A stretch of DNA of 37,321 nt from a virus (taxonomy: Duplodnaviria; Caudoviricetes), in the IMG/VR virus record IMGVR_UViG_3300012942_001477, positions 1 through 37,321 of that record; one strand, given 5' to 3'. Positions within the stretch are counted from its first letter, which is position 1, and the number at the start of each line of letters is the position of its first letter. A model generated the notes under the pieces. The model worked only from the letters and a program-made list of their open reading frames with translations, was not told where the DNA came from and searched no databases. Below, piece by piece: positions 26,574 to 35,725 of this stretch. Both the position numbers and the translations under genes were made by a program.

Positions 26574-28982
26574 ATGAATAAGCTGCTTAAGGCAGCCGTC
26601 GCGCTCGTGTGCGCGGTCGGCCTTCACGTCTGTGCCCGGGCTCAGATGACCACCATTACGGCTACCTCTATCCAGATGAAGGGCGCTCCCATCCAGACGG
26701 GTACTGTCACCTTCATCCCCGTTAACCAAACTGGCCAGCCTGTTCCGATCACCGCTGGTGGCTCTCTCTATGACGCGCAGGGATTCACGGCTTCCATCAC
26801 CAACGGCGTAGTTGCAGATGGATTCCAGGTGCCGGACAGCTGTACGGCCTCCCCAGTCACGGCCAACACCCATCTGTCCTACTCGGTCCAGGTCTACAAC
26901 AGCACCACCAAGCAGAGTTTTACCCTCCAGCATGTAACAGGTGTTTGTGGGGCAAGCTGGGATCTCGACAGCTACGTGCCGACGCAGAACGCGGTTGTTG
27001 CGTCGACAGGGCTGGTGAGCGGATCAACCGTACCCGCACATTGCTCGAATACCTCTATCTTCTATAAGCAGTCCTCGCCTCCCCAGCTTTATACCTGCGT
27101 CTCAGGTTCCTATCTGTTCATGTCAGGCAGCTCGATTGCCGTCCCCAACAGTGGAATCCTCAAGGCTGATGGTGCTGGTGGCATTGAGACCGCGGTTGAG
27201 GGCACGGATTATGCCACGCCCGCGTCCGTTCAGGCGGCATCCGATGCGGCAGCAGCTGCGCAGAGCATGGCTGATTCTGCTATTCCTGCGACTCAGAAGG
27301 CTGTGGCGAACGGAGTGGCGACGCTCGACGCCAATGGGAAAGTACCCGTTGGCCAGATTCCGAGTAACCTGGCTAACTCGGGGCTGCTTGCTGATTATCA
27401 GTTCGCGGATGGCACAGGAACGACCGTTACAGACTCCAGTGGCAATGGAAACAATGCCACTTTCATCAGCGGTCACAACCCGTCCTGGGCTCAGAACGGA
27501 CTCCAGTTCACTACATCGACACAAGGGGTGAATCTTCCGTCGGCTCTGAATGCAGGAGAAACGTTCGAGATCACCTCATGTGTGGACGCTTTGCCATCGA
27601 GCGGCGGCCAGCCCAAAAACAATCAGTACCCCCTGTTCATCACCAGTTCTCTCGGTTTTAGCGGGCTAAACCTGCTCTATGCTGGGGCAGGGCAAAATTC
27701 GCCCTACGCCCTGGGAGTTGTGGCTGGATCGGCAACCAGGAGCGCAGCTAGCCAGACGTTTTCCGGGTGCCACGTAATCACATATGTTCTAGGGACCGGA
27801 TCAGGAAATCTCGACCACCTCTACATTGACGGGGTCGAGCTGTCCTACACATCCGAGGGTTCAAGTGCCGGTTTTCAGGCCAGCGGGAATCTTATCCTGG
27901 GAAACAGCGGCATCAGCCCGTATAACGGCTCCGGTATCATCGGAACCGTATACCGTCTCAGAGTCCTTTCCTCCCAGCTTACGGCAGGGCAGGCATATTC
28001 TGACGCCATCGCACTCCGGGCGGCAGCGTCAGCTCGGGGCATTTCGCTGTCTCCACCTCAATACCTCCTAAACACACCTCAGATGCACCTGATTGGTGAT
28101 TCGATTACATGTGCTTGGAACGGCAGTGCGTGTAACAGTTCCTACTCGTGGGGATCGCAGCTTTCGCTAACGAATCAGCCCACGTACACCATAACTAACT
28201 GGGGCATTTATGGTGCCTATATGTCGGCAATGGTTTCGTCAGAACCGTGGAGGGTGTCTCCATACTGTAAGACTCAGGCAGGCCCGGCAATCGCTATCAA
28301 CTTTGCTGGAACTAACGATTTGCGAATCCTAACGGCCTCTCAGTTGGGACAGTATGCGGCTGCTATGGCGCAACTCCTGAAGAATGCGGGGTGTGATCCG
28401 TTCATTATGACGGTATTGAGTCGGACGGGAAATAGCTCTATATCGGGCACTCCAACGAATGATGCCCAGAAGAACGCTTACGACGCCCTTGTCTCGGCGC
28501 AGTGGAAGTCATGGGGATACAAGGGTCTTCTGGATGTAGGTGCAGACCCACTGATCGGGGCTGACGGACAAGGTGCTAACACAACGTACTTCCTCGATGG
28601 CACTCACCCGACTGCAACAAGCCAGGGCCTCATCGCTGCGGCGGCAAGCCGGGCGCTCAATTACTACTACAGTCAGTACAGCCCCTCGAACCCGCACGTA
28701 ATCAGCGCAGGCACAACACTCACGACGGCAGATGCTGCGGTGTCCATTGCCTCACCAACCGCTGCTGTACCTCTCGTGATGCCGGACTGCATCGGACCCA
28801 CAGGAGCGATGTTTGTGATCTCCAACCCGCAGTCTGCCCAGCCGGTTACGGTCGCGGGTGGCTCGGCCTCGGAGCCAATCAATGGCCTTACAACACCGAT
28901 CACGATTCCGGCGAACTCCACTGTGACGCTGACGGATGTGGCGAATCCCAGGAGTACGGCTGGCTGCCATTGGGTGATGTAA
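26574..28982 (+). CDS. Signal-peptide-bearing tailspike-like protein with LamG-like and SGNH/GDSL hydrolase domains
   Basis: MNKLLKAAVALVCAVGLHVCARA-Q signal; ANGVATLDANGKVP fibre motif; YQFADGTGTTVTDSSGNGNN...LYIDG (LamG-like); IGDSIT, GTND, DGTHP (SGNH). Confidence 0.85.
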   Translation: MNKLLKAAVALVCAVGLHVCARAQMTTITATSIQMKGAPIQTGTVTFIPVNQTGQPVPITAGGSLYDAQGFTASITNGVVADGFQVPDSCTASPVTANTHLSYSVQVYNSTTKQSFTLQHVTGVCGASWDLDSYVPTQNAVVASTGLVSGSTVPAHCSNTSIFYKQSSPPQLYTCVSGSYLFMSGSSIAVPNSGILKADGAGGIETAVEGTDYATPASVQAASDAAAAAQSMADSAIPATQKAVANGVATLDANGKVPVGQIPSNLANSGLLADYQFADGTGTTVTDSSGNGNNATFISGHNPSWAQNGLQFTTSTQGVNLPSALNAGETFEITSCVDALPSSGGQPKNNQYPLFITSSLGFSGLNLLYAGAGQNSPYALGVVAGSATRSAASQTFSGCHVITYVLGTGSGNLDHLYIDGVELSYTSEGSSAGFQASGNLILGNSGISPYNGSGIIGTVYRLRVLSSQLTAGQAYSDAIALRAAASARGISLSPPQYLLNTPQMHLIGDSITCAWNGSACNSSYSWGSQLSLTNQPTYTITNWGIYGAYMSAMVSSEPWRVSPYCKTQAGPAIAINFAGTNDLRILTASQLGQYAAAMAQLLKNAGCDPFIMTVLSRTGNSSISGTPTNDAQKNAYDALVSAQWKSWGYKGLLDVGADPLIGADGQGANTTYFLDGTHPTATSQGLIAAAASRALNYYYSQYSPSNPHVISAGTTLTTADAAVSIASPTAAVPLVMPDCIGPTGAMFVISNPQSAQPVTVAGGSASEPINGLTTPITIPANSTVTLTDVANPRSTAGCHWVM

Positions 28983-29002
28983 CAGAGGAAATACTGAACG
29001 CG

Positions 29003-29040
29003 AATCCCCGGATCAGAGATGGTCCGGGGATTTTCTTGTT
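29003..29040 (+). terminator. Intrinsic terminator ending the late operon
   Basis: AATCCCCGGATC (29003-29014) / GGTCCGGGGATT (29021-29032) followed by TTCTTGTT. Confidence 0.85.
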
Positions 29041-29188
29041 GCAGGGCACATTACCTTCGTAGCTCCCATTCGGGTGACGTGCCCCTTGAAATTGTGCCTA
29101 AGGCATCCAATCCTGTTTGTACCGCCCGTGTGGCTATGATAGCTCCGCAACTCTTCTGATTGCCCTGGGTTATTTGGGGCGCAATCAG

Positions 29189-29599
29189 TCAAGACCGCGG
29201 TCCATTAGGATCTAACAGCTTTGCCAAGATACCGAAGGTAATTAACAACAGGACGGTTTCCGGTGCCCAAAAGAAGAAAACAACTAAAGAGTTGCTTAAC
29301 GGAAATAGCGGAGCAGCCAAATATACCAATGCGCAATGGACAATAAGGGTGATCGTAAATGCTAAAGCTAGCTTCGACCTTCTCAGCAATTTACCATAAG
29401 CAACAAGAAGTAGCCCAATTGTACAAATAGACCAAATAAGCTTTTGAGAAAGTTCTCTCCTTTCAGGACCAAGATAGAAATCTGTAAAAATCGAAGCAAT
29501 ACCAAAGACCAGACCAAGTACGATAGTGAAAGGGCGGTTCTTCAGCCCCTGGACCCTAATCTGCTCTTTGACATCACGATTTCGCATTAATTTTGGCAT
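29189..29599 (-). CDS. Putative Rhs immunity protein, four predicted TM helices
   Basis: Directly downstream of rhs (alternative ATG at 29587 gives TAATG coupling); visibly AT-rich; four hydrophobic stretches. Confidence 0.7.
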   Translation of the reverse strand: MPKLMRNRDVKEQIRVQGLKNRPFTIVLGLVFGIASIFTDFYLGPERRELSQKLIWSICTIGLLLVAYGKLLRRSKLALAFTITLIVHCALVYLAAPLFPLSNSLVVFFFWAPETVLLLITFGILAKLLDPNGPRS

Positions 29600-32500
29600 T
29601 TGGCGTTCTGTTCTTTATAAAAGTTGATTCCGTTGCTGATACCAACATATCCGAGATATGCTGCGCCACCGACTGCTGCAACATCACCTATTCCGCTTTC
29701 CGCAGCAGCGCCTGCTAACAATCCAAGAGAGGGCTCTCCTATCGTATGAAGAACTCCCCATACACCTATGCCTACACCTGGAGCAGCTTCCTTAACCTGA
29801 TCAATCAGCCCCATTATTTGACCTCCCCTCTTTGCAGTCTCAGCTTCCGCTGCCAGAGCTCCAAAGGTCACCGCTGCCAAGCCTAGCCCCTGACAGTGTG
29901 AGGGTTCGTAATGAACTTGTATGTTATTGCTTGGGGTGGGAGCACTACTGCCACCGCCGGAGCTGGAAGGGTTGATCGGGATAGCACCGAGATCTGGTCC
30001 GATCTGCGGATCGGGACCAGGGTCATTGCTATTCACATTCACAGTTGTGTCTGAGCTCCCATCATCTACCCAGCTACCGTAGTTGGATGCGCAAGTGAAT
30101 GAATCAACGATCCAAGTATTGACAGAGTACTGATCCGGTTCGGCTGTGCCATACGGGAAAGCACCTAAACAGTATCCGTTTTTCCCACTCGGATCGACCA
30201 TACCTAATGGATTATTCCGGACATACACATACCGATTGAAGCTCTGAGGATTGGTCAAGTCATAGCTCCCATCATAGGGATCAGGACTCATCCATCGACC
30301 TTTTCCAGGAGAATATTGACGGAACTGCGCATGATTCGTCCCGCTCACGGCGTCGAAGTCCATTCCCGCATACCCATACTGATCATAATTTGTTCCAGTA
30401 ACCGTATATGCATCTCCGAAGGGGAGAGTGTTATACGTGGCATCAATTGCGCCAGCGTAGTCCGTGTGGATCCGCTCTGCTCCGATCCAGTCCTCATGCT
30501 GGAAGTGGATCCCAAAGTTGTAATCGAAGGCTAGAGGTTTGCTTCCCCAGTAACTCTGCCATCCGTACCAGTTTCCCGTGCTTGGCTCCCAAATGGAGAT
30601 TCGCCGATTGAATTGATCGAAGAGGAACTCCTGAGAATAGGCACCTGTGATGTCCTGACGAATACGACGATTTAGCGCGTCGTATGTATAGGTAGCGGTG
30701 CTGCCCCCGTCGACAGCCGTGACATTGCCTTCTGCGTCGTAGGTATAAGTGTGAATGCCGTCATTGACCAGATTACCCGCTGCATCATAGCCAAATCCAG
30801 CCATGCGATTGTTTGACGGATCGTAGTTCACAGAAAAGTAGGAGGAGCCTCCATTTTGAGACCATCGGTTTCCGTATCGATCATAGTCACTGGAATAGGT
30901 GCTTGATCCCTGAGTGAAGCCCTTAAGACGGTCGAATTCGTCATATGTAGTACTCATATTGCCCATGACCGCATCACTGCTCGAAATGAGTCGGTTTCCG
31001 TGCCAGTTGGCAGTAAAGCCATAAACCTGGTTGCCACCGCTACAGCCCGGCTGCGCTGATCCGCTGCACACCCAGCCTCCGTTGGGACGGCCCATAGTGT
31101 CGTAGGTGTTTACACCTTTCAATCCATTACCGAGATCCCAATTCACCGGGCCGAATGGACTATTCGTCACATTAGAAACAAGCGAAGCTGGGTGAGTTGA
31201 ATCGGGCAATGAGTTCGAGATCGAAATGACCTCACTCGCTGGGTTGTAGGTGTACGATGTGACCTGTCCGATCGTGTTACTGCTGGTCTTATCATTGCTT
31301 ACAGAAAGCAGATTACCGGCTAAATCGTAGGTATAAGAGATCGATCTGTCCCGTGATGCGTTTCCACACCCGGAAGGGAAACACTGGACACTCTGTCTTA
31401 TATGGCCCATCTCGTCATAGCTAAAGATCGTTGCAGCGGAAGCTGCTCCAATATAGGAGAGGCGTCCTTTCAGATTGTACTGGGGTTCAGCCCAACCGAT
31501 ACTCGTATCGTAGTGATAGACCCGAGATGGGGTTCCATCACTGTATGTAATACTCTCTAGCCGACTGAGGCTATCATACTGTGTTGTTGTCGTGGTGGTC
31601 AGTGTTCCGATCTGATTGGCACGGGGCCTTATCCGAATGACCTGAAGGCCTGTCGAATTGTACGAATAGCTATACGTCGTGGGTCCACGTTCCGGCTCGT
31701 TGGTATAAGTTGTTCGCCCCAAAAAGTCTGTCCGAAGAACTCGCTGTTGAGCTCCCTGTGTGATTGTGGTCGTACCGCCTGCCGGATCGTAAGAATATGT
31801 GGTCAGATAGCCCACTCCGGGAATGTCCAAACCGCAATTCTTCGGGGAATCTGCTTGTTGGGTGTTCCCCGACACCTCACAAACTGCCGTGATACGTCCG
31901 AATGCATCGTATTGGATGATCTTTTGCACCCCATTCGGATCCGTCACTTTGACCGCGCGGGAATTGTATTCATACGTTGTGCTTCCGTCAGCGGTGTTAA
32001 TACTTGTGACACGGCCTAGAGCATCATAACTGTATGCGGTCCCATCTCCCGAACATTGCTTAGGTGCTACGAAGCCGTTATTCTCATATTTCGTCGAGAC
32101 GAAGCGCAGATTACCGACCGGATCGTAACAATAATCAGTCTGATACCAGTCATTCCCGCCTGGAGACTGTCCGTTATGCGTCGCGCTCCGGCTGAATCGA
32201 CCGTAATCATCATAGATAGCGTCCGTCTCCGCATTGCTGTCCGAATTGAGTGCCGTGAAGACGTCGACTTGGTTACCCCACGGACCCTGCACATACTCAT
32301 ACCTTATGTTGCCACCATCAGCCCTATCGATACGTGCCGGTCTCAGTAATTTATCGTATTGTGAATACTGAATTCGTGGCGAAGTTGGAAAATTCGCGTC
32401 TGATGCACTGAGCTGGACACCCGACATTGCATCATAACTGGAATAACTGGGAACGGATACACCGCTAGACGGGGTAGGTGGCGTGATCTGTGTAGCGAAG

Positions 32501-34281
32501 CCCTGTGTGGAATCGTACGAATAGGTTGTCGTCCCATTCGGACCTGTGGAGGAAAGCGGGACGCCAGCATCATTATACGTCGTCGTAGTAGCCAAAAAGG
32601 TCCAAGGGTCGATCCACACATTAGATGAGGTTGCGTTGCCTCGTGGCCCTGTAGCGGCTATGTGCTGTGGTAATCCTGAAGTCGACGTAGGCGTTTGCTC
32701 GTCGTAGCCGAATGTCTGCTGGGCGATCATATTGCCAATATGATCCACGGTTAAAATCTGAGAAACTCGCCCCGGTGGCTGATAATTGTAGGTTGTATTT
32801 GTGAGGACGCCCCCGCCGTAGTCGCTGACAGACTCTCTGACCAAATTAGAATCAGTGTAGTCATCGATCGTCTGCTTCGAAGCGCCGCCGTTAAGGCTCG
32901 AAGTTACCGTAGTCTCGATGATCGGAAGCGCTACACCTAAGCCATCGCACGCCGTTATACCGTTGTAGCAAGTTTGTCGATCAAGCAGGGGGGTGCCACC
33001 GACACTGCCTTGATACACCTGCCGGTGTGTCTCATAGAAAATTCCTCGCCAAAGAGTCCATGCAGGTGAAGAAAATCGGTATAGAGTTTGGTTGTTAGTC
33101 TCATCCTGTACCAGCGTCGTATAAGTGTGATAGGAAGGGTAGGAACGAGGGTCGTTTACCGCAGTACGAGTATAGGTCCTCGTCCCATCGGATGTGGTAC
33201 GGACAAGTCTCCCTGGAGCGCCGTCCGCATTGATGGCCGCCCCGCAATCTCCTGAATACTGATAGGAGATTGTTCCGCCCGTCGGCAGAGTCACCGAAGC
33301 CAGACGACCTGTTTTGGCTCCGCTGATTCCTTGAGTGTCCTCGTAATTGAATTGATAGTATGTCCTATCTGCTAACGTGATCCGGTCCACCAGATCATTC
33401 TGTAGCGGCCCGTAGTTTAGGATCGGATTGCCTGATGAGTCGTAGCATCCGAAGTTCGTAGCAACGGTATAAGTCCGATAGGACATCGTCGCGGTTGCAG
33501 TCGTGCTCCCATCAGACTGACGGGCAACATTATAGGTAAAAGTGAGCGGGCTCGACGCATTTCCGGCACCGCCAATCGTTAAAGCAGTCGTCCCAAGTGT
33601 ATCTGTAAATGAGCCTCCATTTATGTATGGGCTCCCATTACCTGCAATGGTGTTGCCATTGGTATCCGTAGTTGAACCAATCGCTAAAAAGCCATTCGCG
33701 GTGTAGATGCTGTTAAAGACAGCAGCAGCAAGGATCTTACCCTGAGCATCATGCACATTCGTTCCATCAAACCAGTAGCCGGAACCATCGGAGGTTGTAC
33801 CGTCTCCGGATGCCCCAGGCACCCCGCCGACGCCACCACAAGGAGCTGTCCATGTGTAGTTAAATATGTGTTTGACACCGCGTGAATCTAGGTAAGTATA
33901 GTCTGTTTGGATAAATGCAAGTTTAGGCGGTGGACATGTCAGCGTTTGTAAATCATAGGTAACATATCCCCCCATATCTCCAATCACGCCACGAAGCCCC
34001 CAGTTGGGGGATGGTACCCAAGATTGGCTGCCGGAAGATTCCGCAGCAGACCAGATCAATCCGTCATACACAATTTTGTAGTTGAACGGCATTCCACGTC
34101 CCGACTTACTGACAATAGGAATCTCAAAATGAACATTGAGATTTCCGATGTTGATCGAGTCGAAACCACGGTTATCAAAAGAACCAAAAGCGTATAGTCC
34201 CGTTCCTGGCGCTTGGGCCAACGAAAACATCGAAAGAAGGCCAGACAAGACCAGAACTGCTAATAAGCGAACTCGCAGCAT
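29587..34281 (-). CDS. rhs: Rhs / YD-repeat polymorphic toxin with N-terminal Sec signal peptide
   Basis: Many YD repeats (YSYDALGRV, YTYDLAGNL, YTYDAEGN); core GRWMSPDP...NPQSFNRYVYVRNNPLGMVDPSG; N-terminus MLRVRLLAVLVLSGLLSMFSLA-Q. Confidence 0.95.
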   Translation of the reverse strand: MLRVRLLAVLVLSGLLSMFSLAQAPGTGLYAFGSFDNRGFDSINIGNLNVHFEIPIVSKSGRGMPFNYKIVYDGLIWSAAESSGSQSWVPSPNWGLRGVIGDMGGYVTYDLQTLTCPPPKLAFIQTDYTYLDSRGVKHIFNYTWTAPCGGVGGVPGASGDGTTSDGSGYWFDGTNVHDAQGKILAAAVFNSIYTANGFLAIGSTTDTNGNTIAGNGSPYINGGSFTDTLGTTALTIGGAGNASSPLTFTYNVARQSDGSTTATATMSYRTYTVATNFGCYDSSGNPILNYGPLQNDLVDRITLADRTYYQFNYEDTQGISGAKTGRLASVTLPTGGTISYQYSGDCGAAINADGAPGRLVRTTSDGTRTYTRTAVNDPRSYPSYHTYTTLVQDETNNQTLYRFSSPAWTLWRGIFYETHRQVYQGSVGGTPLLDRQTCYNGITACDGLGVALPIIETTVTSSLNGGASKQTIDDYTDSNLVRESVSDYGGGVLTNTTYNYQPPGRVSQILTVDHIGNMIAQQTFGYDEQTPTSTSGLPQHIAATGPRGNATSSNVWIDPWTFLATTTTYNDAGVPLSSTGPNGTTTYSYDSTQGFATQITPPTPSSGVSVPSYSSYDAMSGVQLSASDANFPTSPRIQYSQYDKLLRPARIDRADGGNIRYEYVQGPWGNQVDVFTALNSDSNAETDAIYDDYGRFSRSATHNGQSPGGNDWYQTDYCYDPVGNLRFVSTKYENNGFVAPKQCSGDGTAYSYDALGRVTSINTADGSTTYEYNSRAVKVTDPNGVQKIIQYDAFGRITAVCEVSGNTQQADSPKNCGLDIPGVGYLTTYSYDPAGGTTTITQGAQQRVLRTDFLGRTTYTNEPERGPTTYSYSYNSTGLQVIRIRPRANQIGTLTTTTTTQYDSLSRLESITYSDGTPSRVYHYDTSIGWAEPQYNLKGRLSYIGAASAATIFSYDEMGHIRQSVQCFPSGCGNASRDRSISYTYDLAGNLLSVSNDKTSSNTIGQVTSYTYNPASEVISISNSLPDSTHPASLVSNVTNSPFGPVNWDLGNGLKGVNTYDTMGRPNGGWVCSGSAQPGCSGGNQVYGFTANWHGNRLISSSDAVMGNMSTTYDEFDRLKGFTQGSSTYSSDYDRYGNRWSQNGGSSYFSVNYDPSNNRMAGFGYDAAGNLVNDGIHTYTYDAEGNVTAVDGGSTATYTYDALNRRIRQDITGAYSQEFLFDQFNRRISIWEPSTGNWYGWQSYWGSKPLAFDYNFGIHFQHEDWIGAERIHTDYAGAIDATYNTLPFGDAYTVTGTNYDQYGYAGMDFDAVSGTNHAQFRQYSPGKGRWMSPDPYDGSYDLTNPQSFNRYVYVRNNPLGMVDPSGKNGYCLGAFPYGTAEPDQYSVNTWIVDSFTCASNYGSWVDDGSSDTTVNVNSNDPGPDPQIGPDLGAIPINPSSSGGGSSAPTPSNNIQVHYEPSHCQGLGLAAVTFGALAAEAETAKRGGQIMGLIDQVKEAAPGVGIGVWGVLHTIGEPSLGLLAGAAAESGIGDVAAVGGAAYLGYVGISNGINFYKEQNAKCQN

Positions 34282-34310
34282 GGAAATCCCTCAAACTAAA
34301 GCTGAATTAT

Positions 34311-35075
34311 TTAGCTGATAACCGCTGAATCAATACTGATGCGCAGCTGAAGAGAGCCATTGACATACCGCTCGATATCCATGGGAAGCTCGACACCAGA
34401 AACATTTTGGTAGTTGCTGTAGCGAACCTCGACCTGAATATCTACGAAGGAACTGTTGTCGGGATGAATGGTGTATTTCAAGCTGGAAGGAAGGGACGTC
34501 GTAGAATCGAGCGTAAGATCGGTTCGACTCCAACGCTGAATCAACGCGGTAACATCGGCAGCTTCATTGGGCTTAGGAGTCGTATCAGCAGTAAGCGCGA
34601 CCTGATGACGAATGTGCGATCCATCCGGGGACGATATTCTGAGCAACGATGGCTGCGCAATGGTTTGTAAAGCTACGTGTGGCAAGAACCATACTGTAGC
34701 GGTCCAGCAGTTCGAGGATGCCGCATTATGTACAACCCCGTCTTTCCCTGACCACGTACAAGTCCTATCCTCGGCAAGAGCTGACTGGCTCTCTATGCGG
34801 GTCCCATTGCTAAAATCGAACTCGGCCTTATTCTCACCGTTCACATTGGCGGTTAGCTTTACCGGGCCGCTGTCTTTCGTAGAACCGGCAGTCCATTCCG
34901 CTCTTCCCGTCATCTCGACGGAAGTCACTGGCTTACCAGCAGAGAAAGCCTGACTCGCCCGAGCTACGGTGCTCTCTGCTTCGACGGTTGGAGTTTGGGC
35001 AGGAATTTCTGAACTGAAAGGCAGAAAAAGGGCAAGGCAAGACAAAAGACGAACAAGTCGCACGTACATCTCCAC
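34311..35075 (-). CDS. Secreted beta-rich accessory protein (LolA-like fold suspected)
   Basis: Signal-like MYVRLVRLLSCLALFLPFSSEIPA-Q; C-terminal EVRYSNYQNVSGVELPMDIERYVNG; 29 bp upstream of rhs on the same strand. Confidence 0.7.
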   Translation of the reverse strand: MEMYVRLVRLLSCLALFLPFSSEIPAQTPTVEAESTVARASQAFSAGKPVTSVEMTGRAEWTAGSTKDSGPVKLTANVNGENKAEFDFSNGTRIESQSALAEDRTCTWSGKDGVVHNAASSNCWTATVWFLPHVALQTIAQPSLLRISSPDGSHIRHQVALTADTTPKPNEAADVTALIQRWSRTDLTLDSTTSLPSSLKYTIHPDNSSFVDIQVEVRYSNYQNVSGVELPMDIERYVNGSLQLRISIDSAVIS

Positions 35076-35149
35076 TGGTGCTTAGGGGTATGAGGAGACC
35101 ATATCTTTAGCTCCAAGAGCCTGACAACCATTAAACGGTGGCAATAGAA

Positions 35150-35650
35150 CTTAAGTGGTAGAGCCCCGGATCACCGGCTGCCTGTCATGAATACCAGACA
35201 TCACCTCATTAGGCTCACTCGTGAGAATTGAGAACGGTCGGGAGTGTCTGCCCGGCCTTATTCTTCCAGTGGCTCCAGATTCCCGCTAATGCAAAAGGCT
35301 CTCGACCTGGAACGGTAATCTCGAATTTGGGTTGTTCTTCTTCCGGATCTTCTGCCACTCAAAGAATGAGTCGGCGGGTACGATGCAACGCCTCTCCTCA
35401 AACGAGGACTTCCACAGTCCAGACTTCAGTACTGAATCTGACCGCGTGTTGAAGGTGAATCGCTGAGGGAAGTTGAATCCCCAATACATCATTGCAATGC
35501 ACCGTCTTCGTTGAGCCAAACCACCGGCTGAATGGAGCCTGGTGCAATGTCGTCCTCTGGCGCGAAGTCGAGGCCATCCAAGCTCACCCTTATGGTAAAG
35601 GCTTCAGCGATTTTCTGTTTGTCTGAACGTCTACGGTAGCGGCCACACAT
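35150..35650 (-). pseudogene. SRAP / SOS response-associated peptidase (YedK/HMCES family) pseudogene
   Basis: Starts MCGRY at 35650; WG...FNTRSD...RRCIVPADSFFEW, FALAGIW and FSILTSEPN...IHDRQPVI are recovered only by three frame changes; stops just after PVI. Confidence 0.9.
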
Positions 35651-35725
35651 TCAACAATTTTGCATCGATTACACTATCCAAACCAATAGCTTTAGCTCGA
35701 ACATTGATCGGAGAGAAGGAAGGGT

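Larger units (their letters stand above)
1..35075. mobile_element. Temperate siphovirus-type prophage (HK97-like head, non-contractile tail); right boundary uncertain
   Basis: int/xis, terminase, portal, protease, capsid, neck, tube, tape measure and tail tip genes in canonical order; no sheath gene. No att repeat found, so the true ends are not defined. Confidence 0.9.

Noticed and set aside
22451-28982. Diversity-generating retroelement or invertible tail-fibre cassette
   Set aside because: No reverse transcriptase, invertase, TR/VR pair or inverted crossover sites seen.
30200-33500. Repetitive tracts in rhs as a CRISPR or tandem DNA array
   Set aside because: These are degenerate protein-level YD repeats; no fixed repeat-spacer periodicity.
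35140-35175. AGTGGTAGAGC, resembling a tRNA D-arm or an IS end (GGCTCT on the minus strand)
   Set aside because: No cloverleaf or T-arm, no transposase and no partner inverted repeat found.
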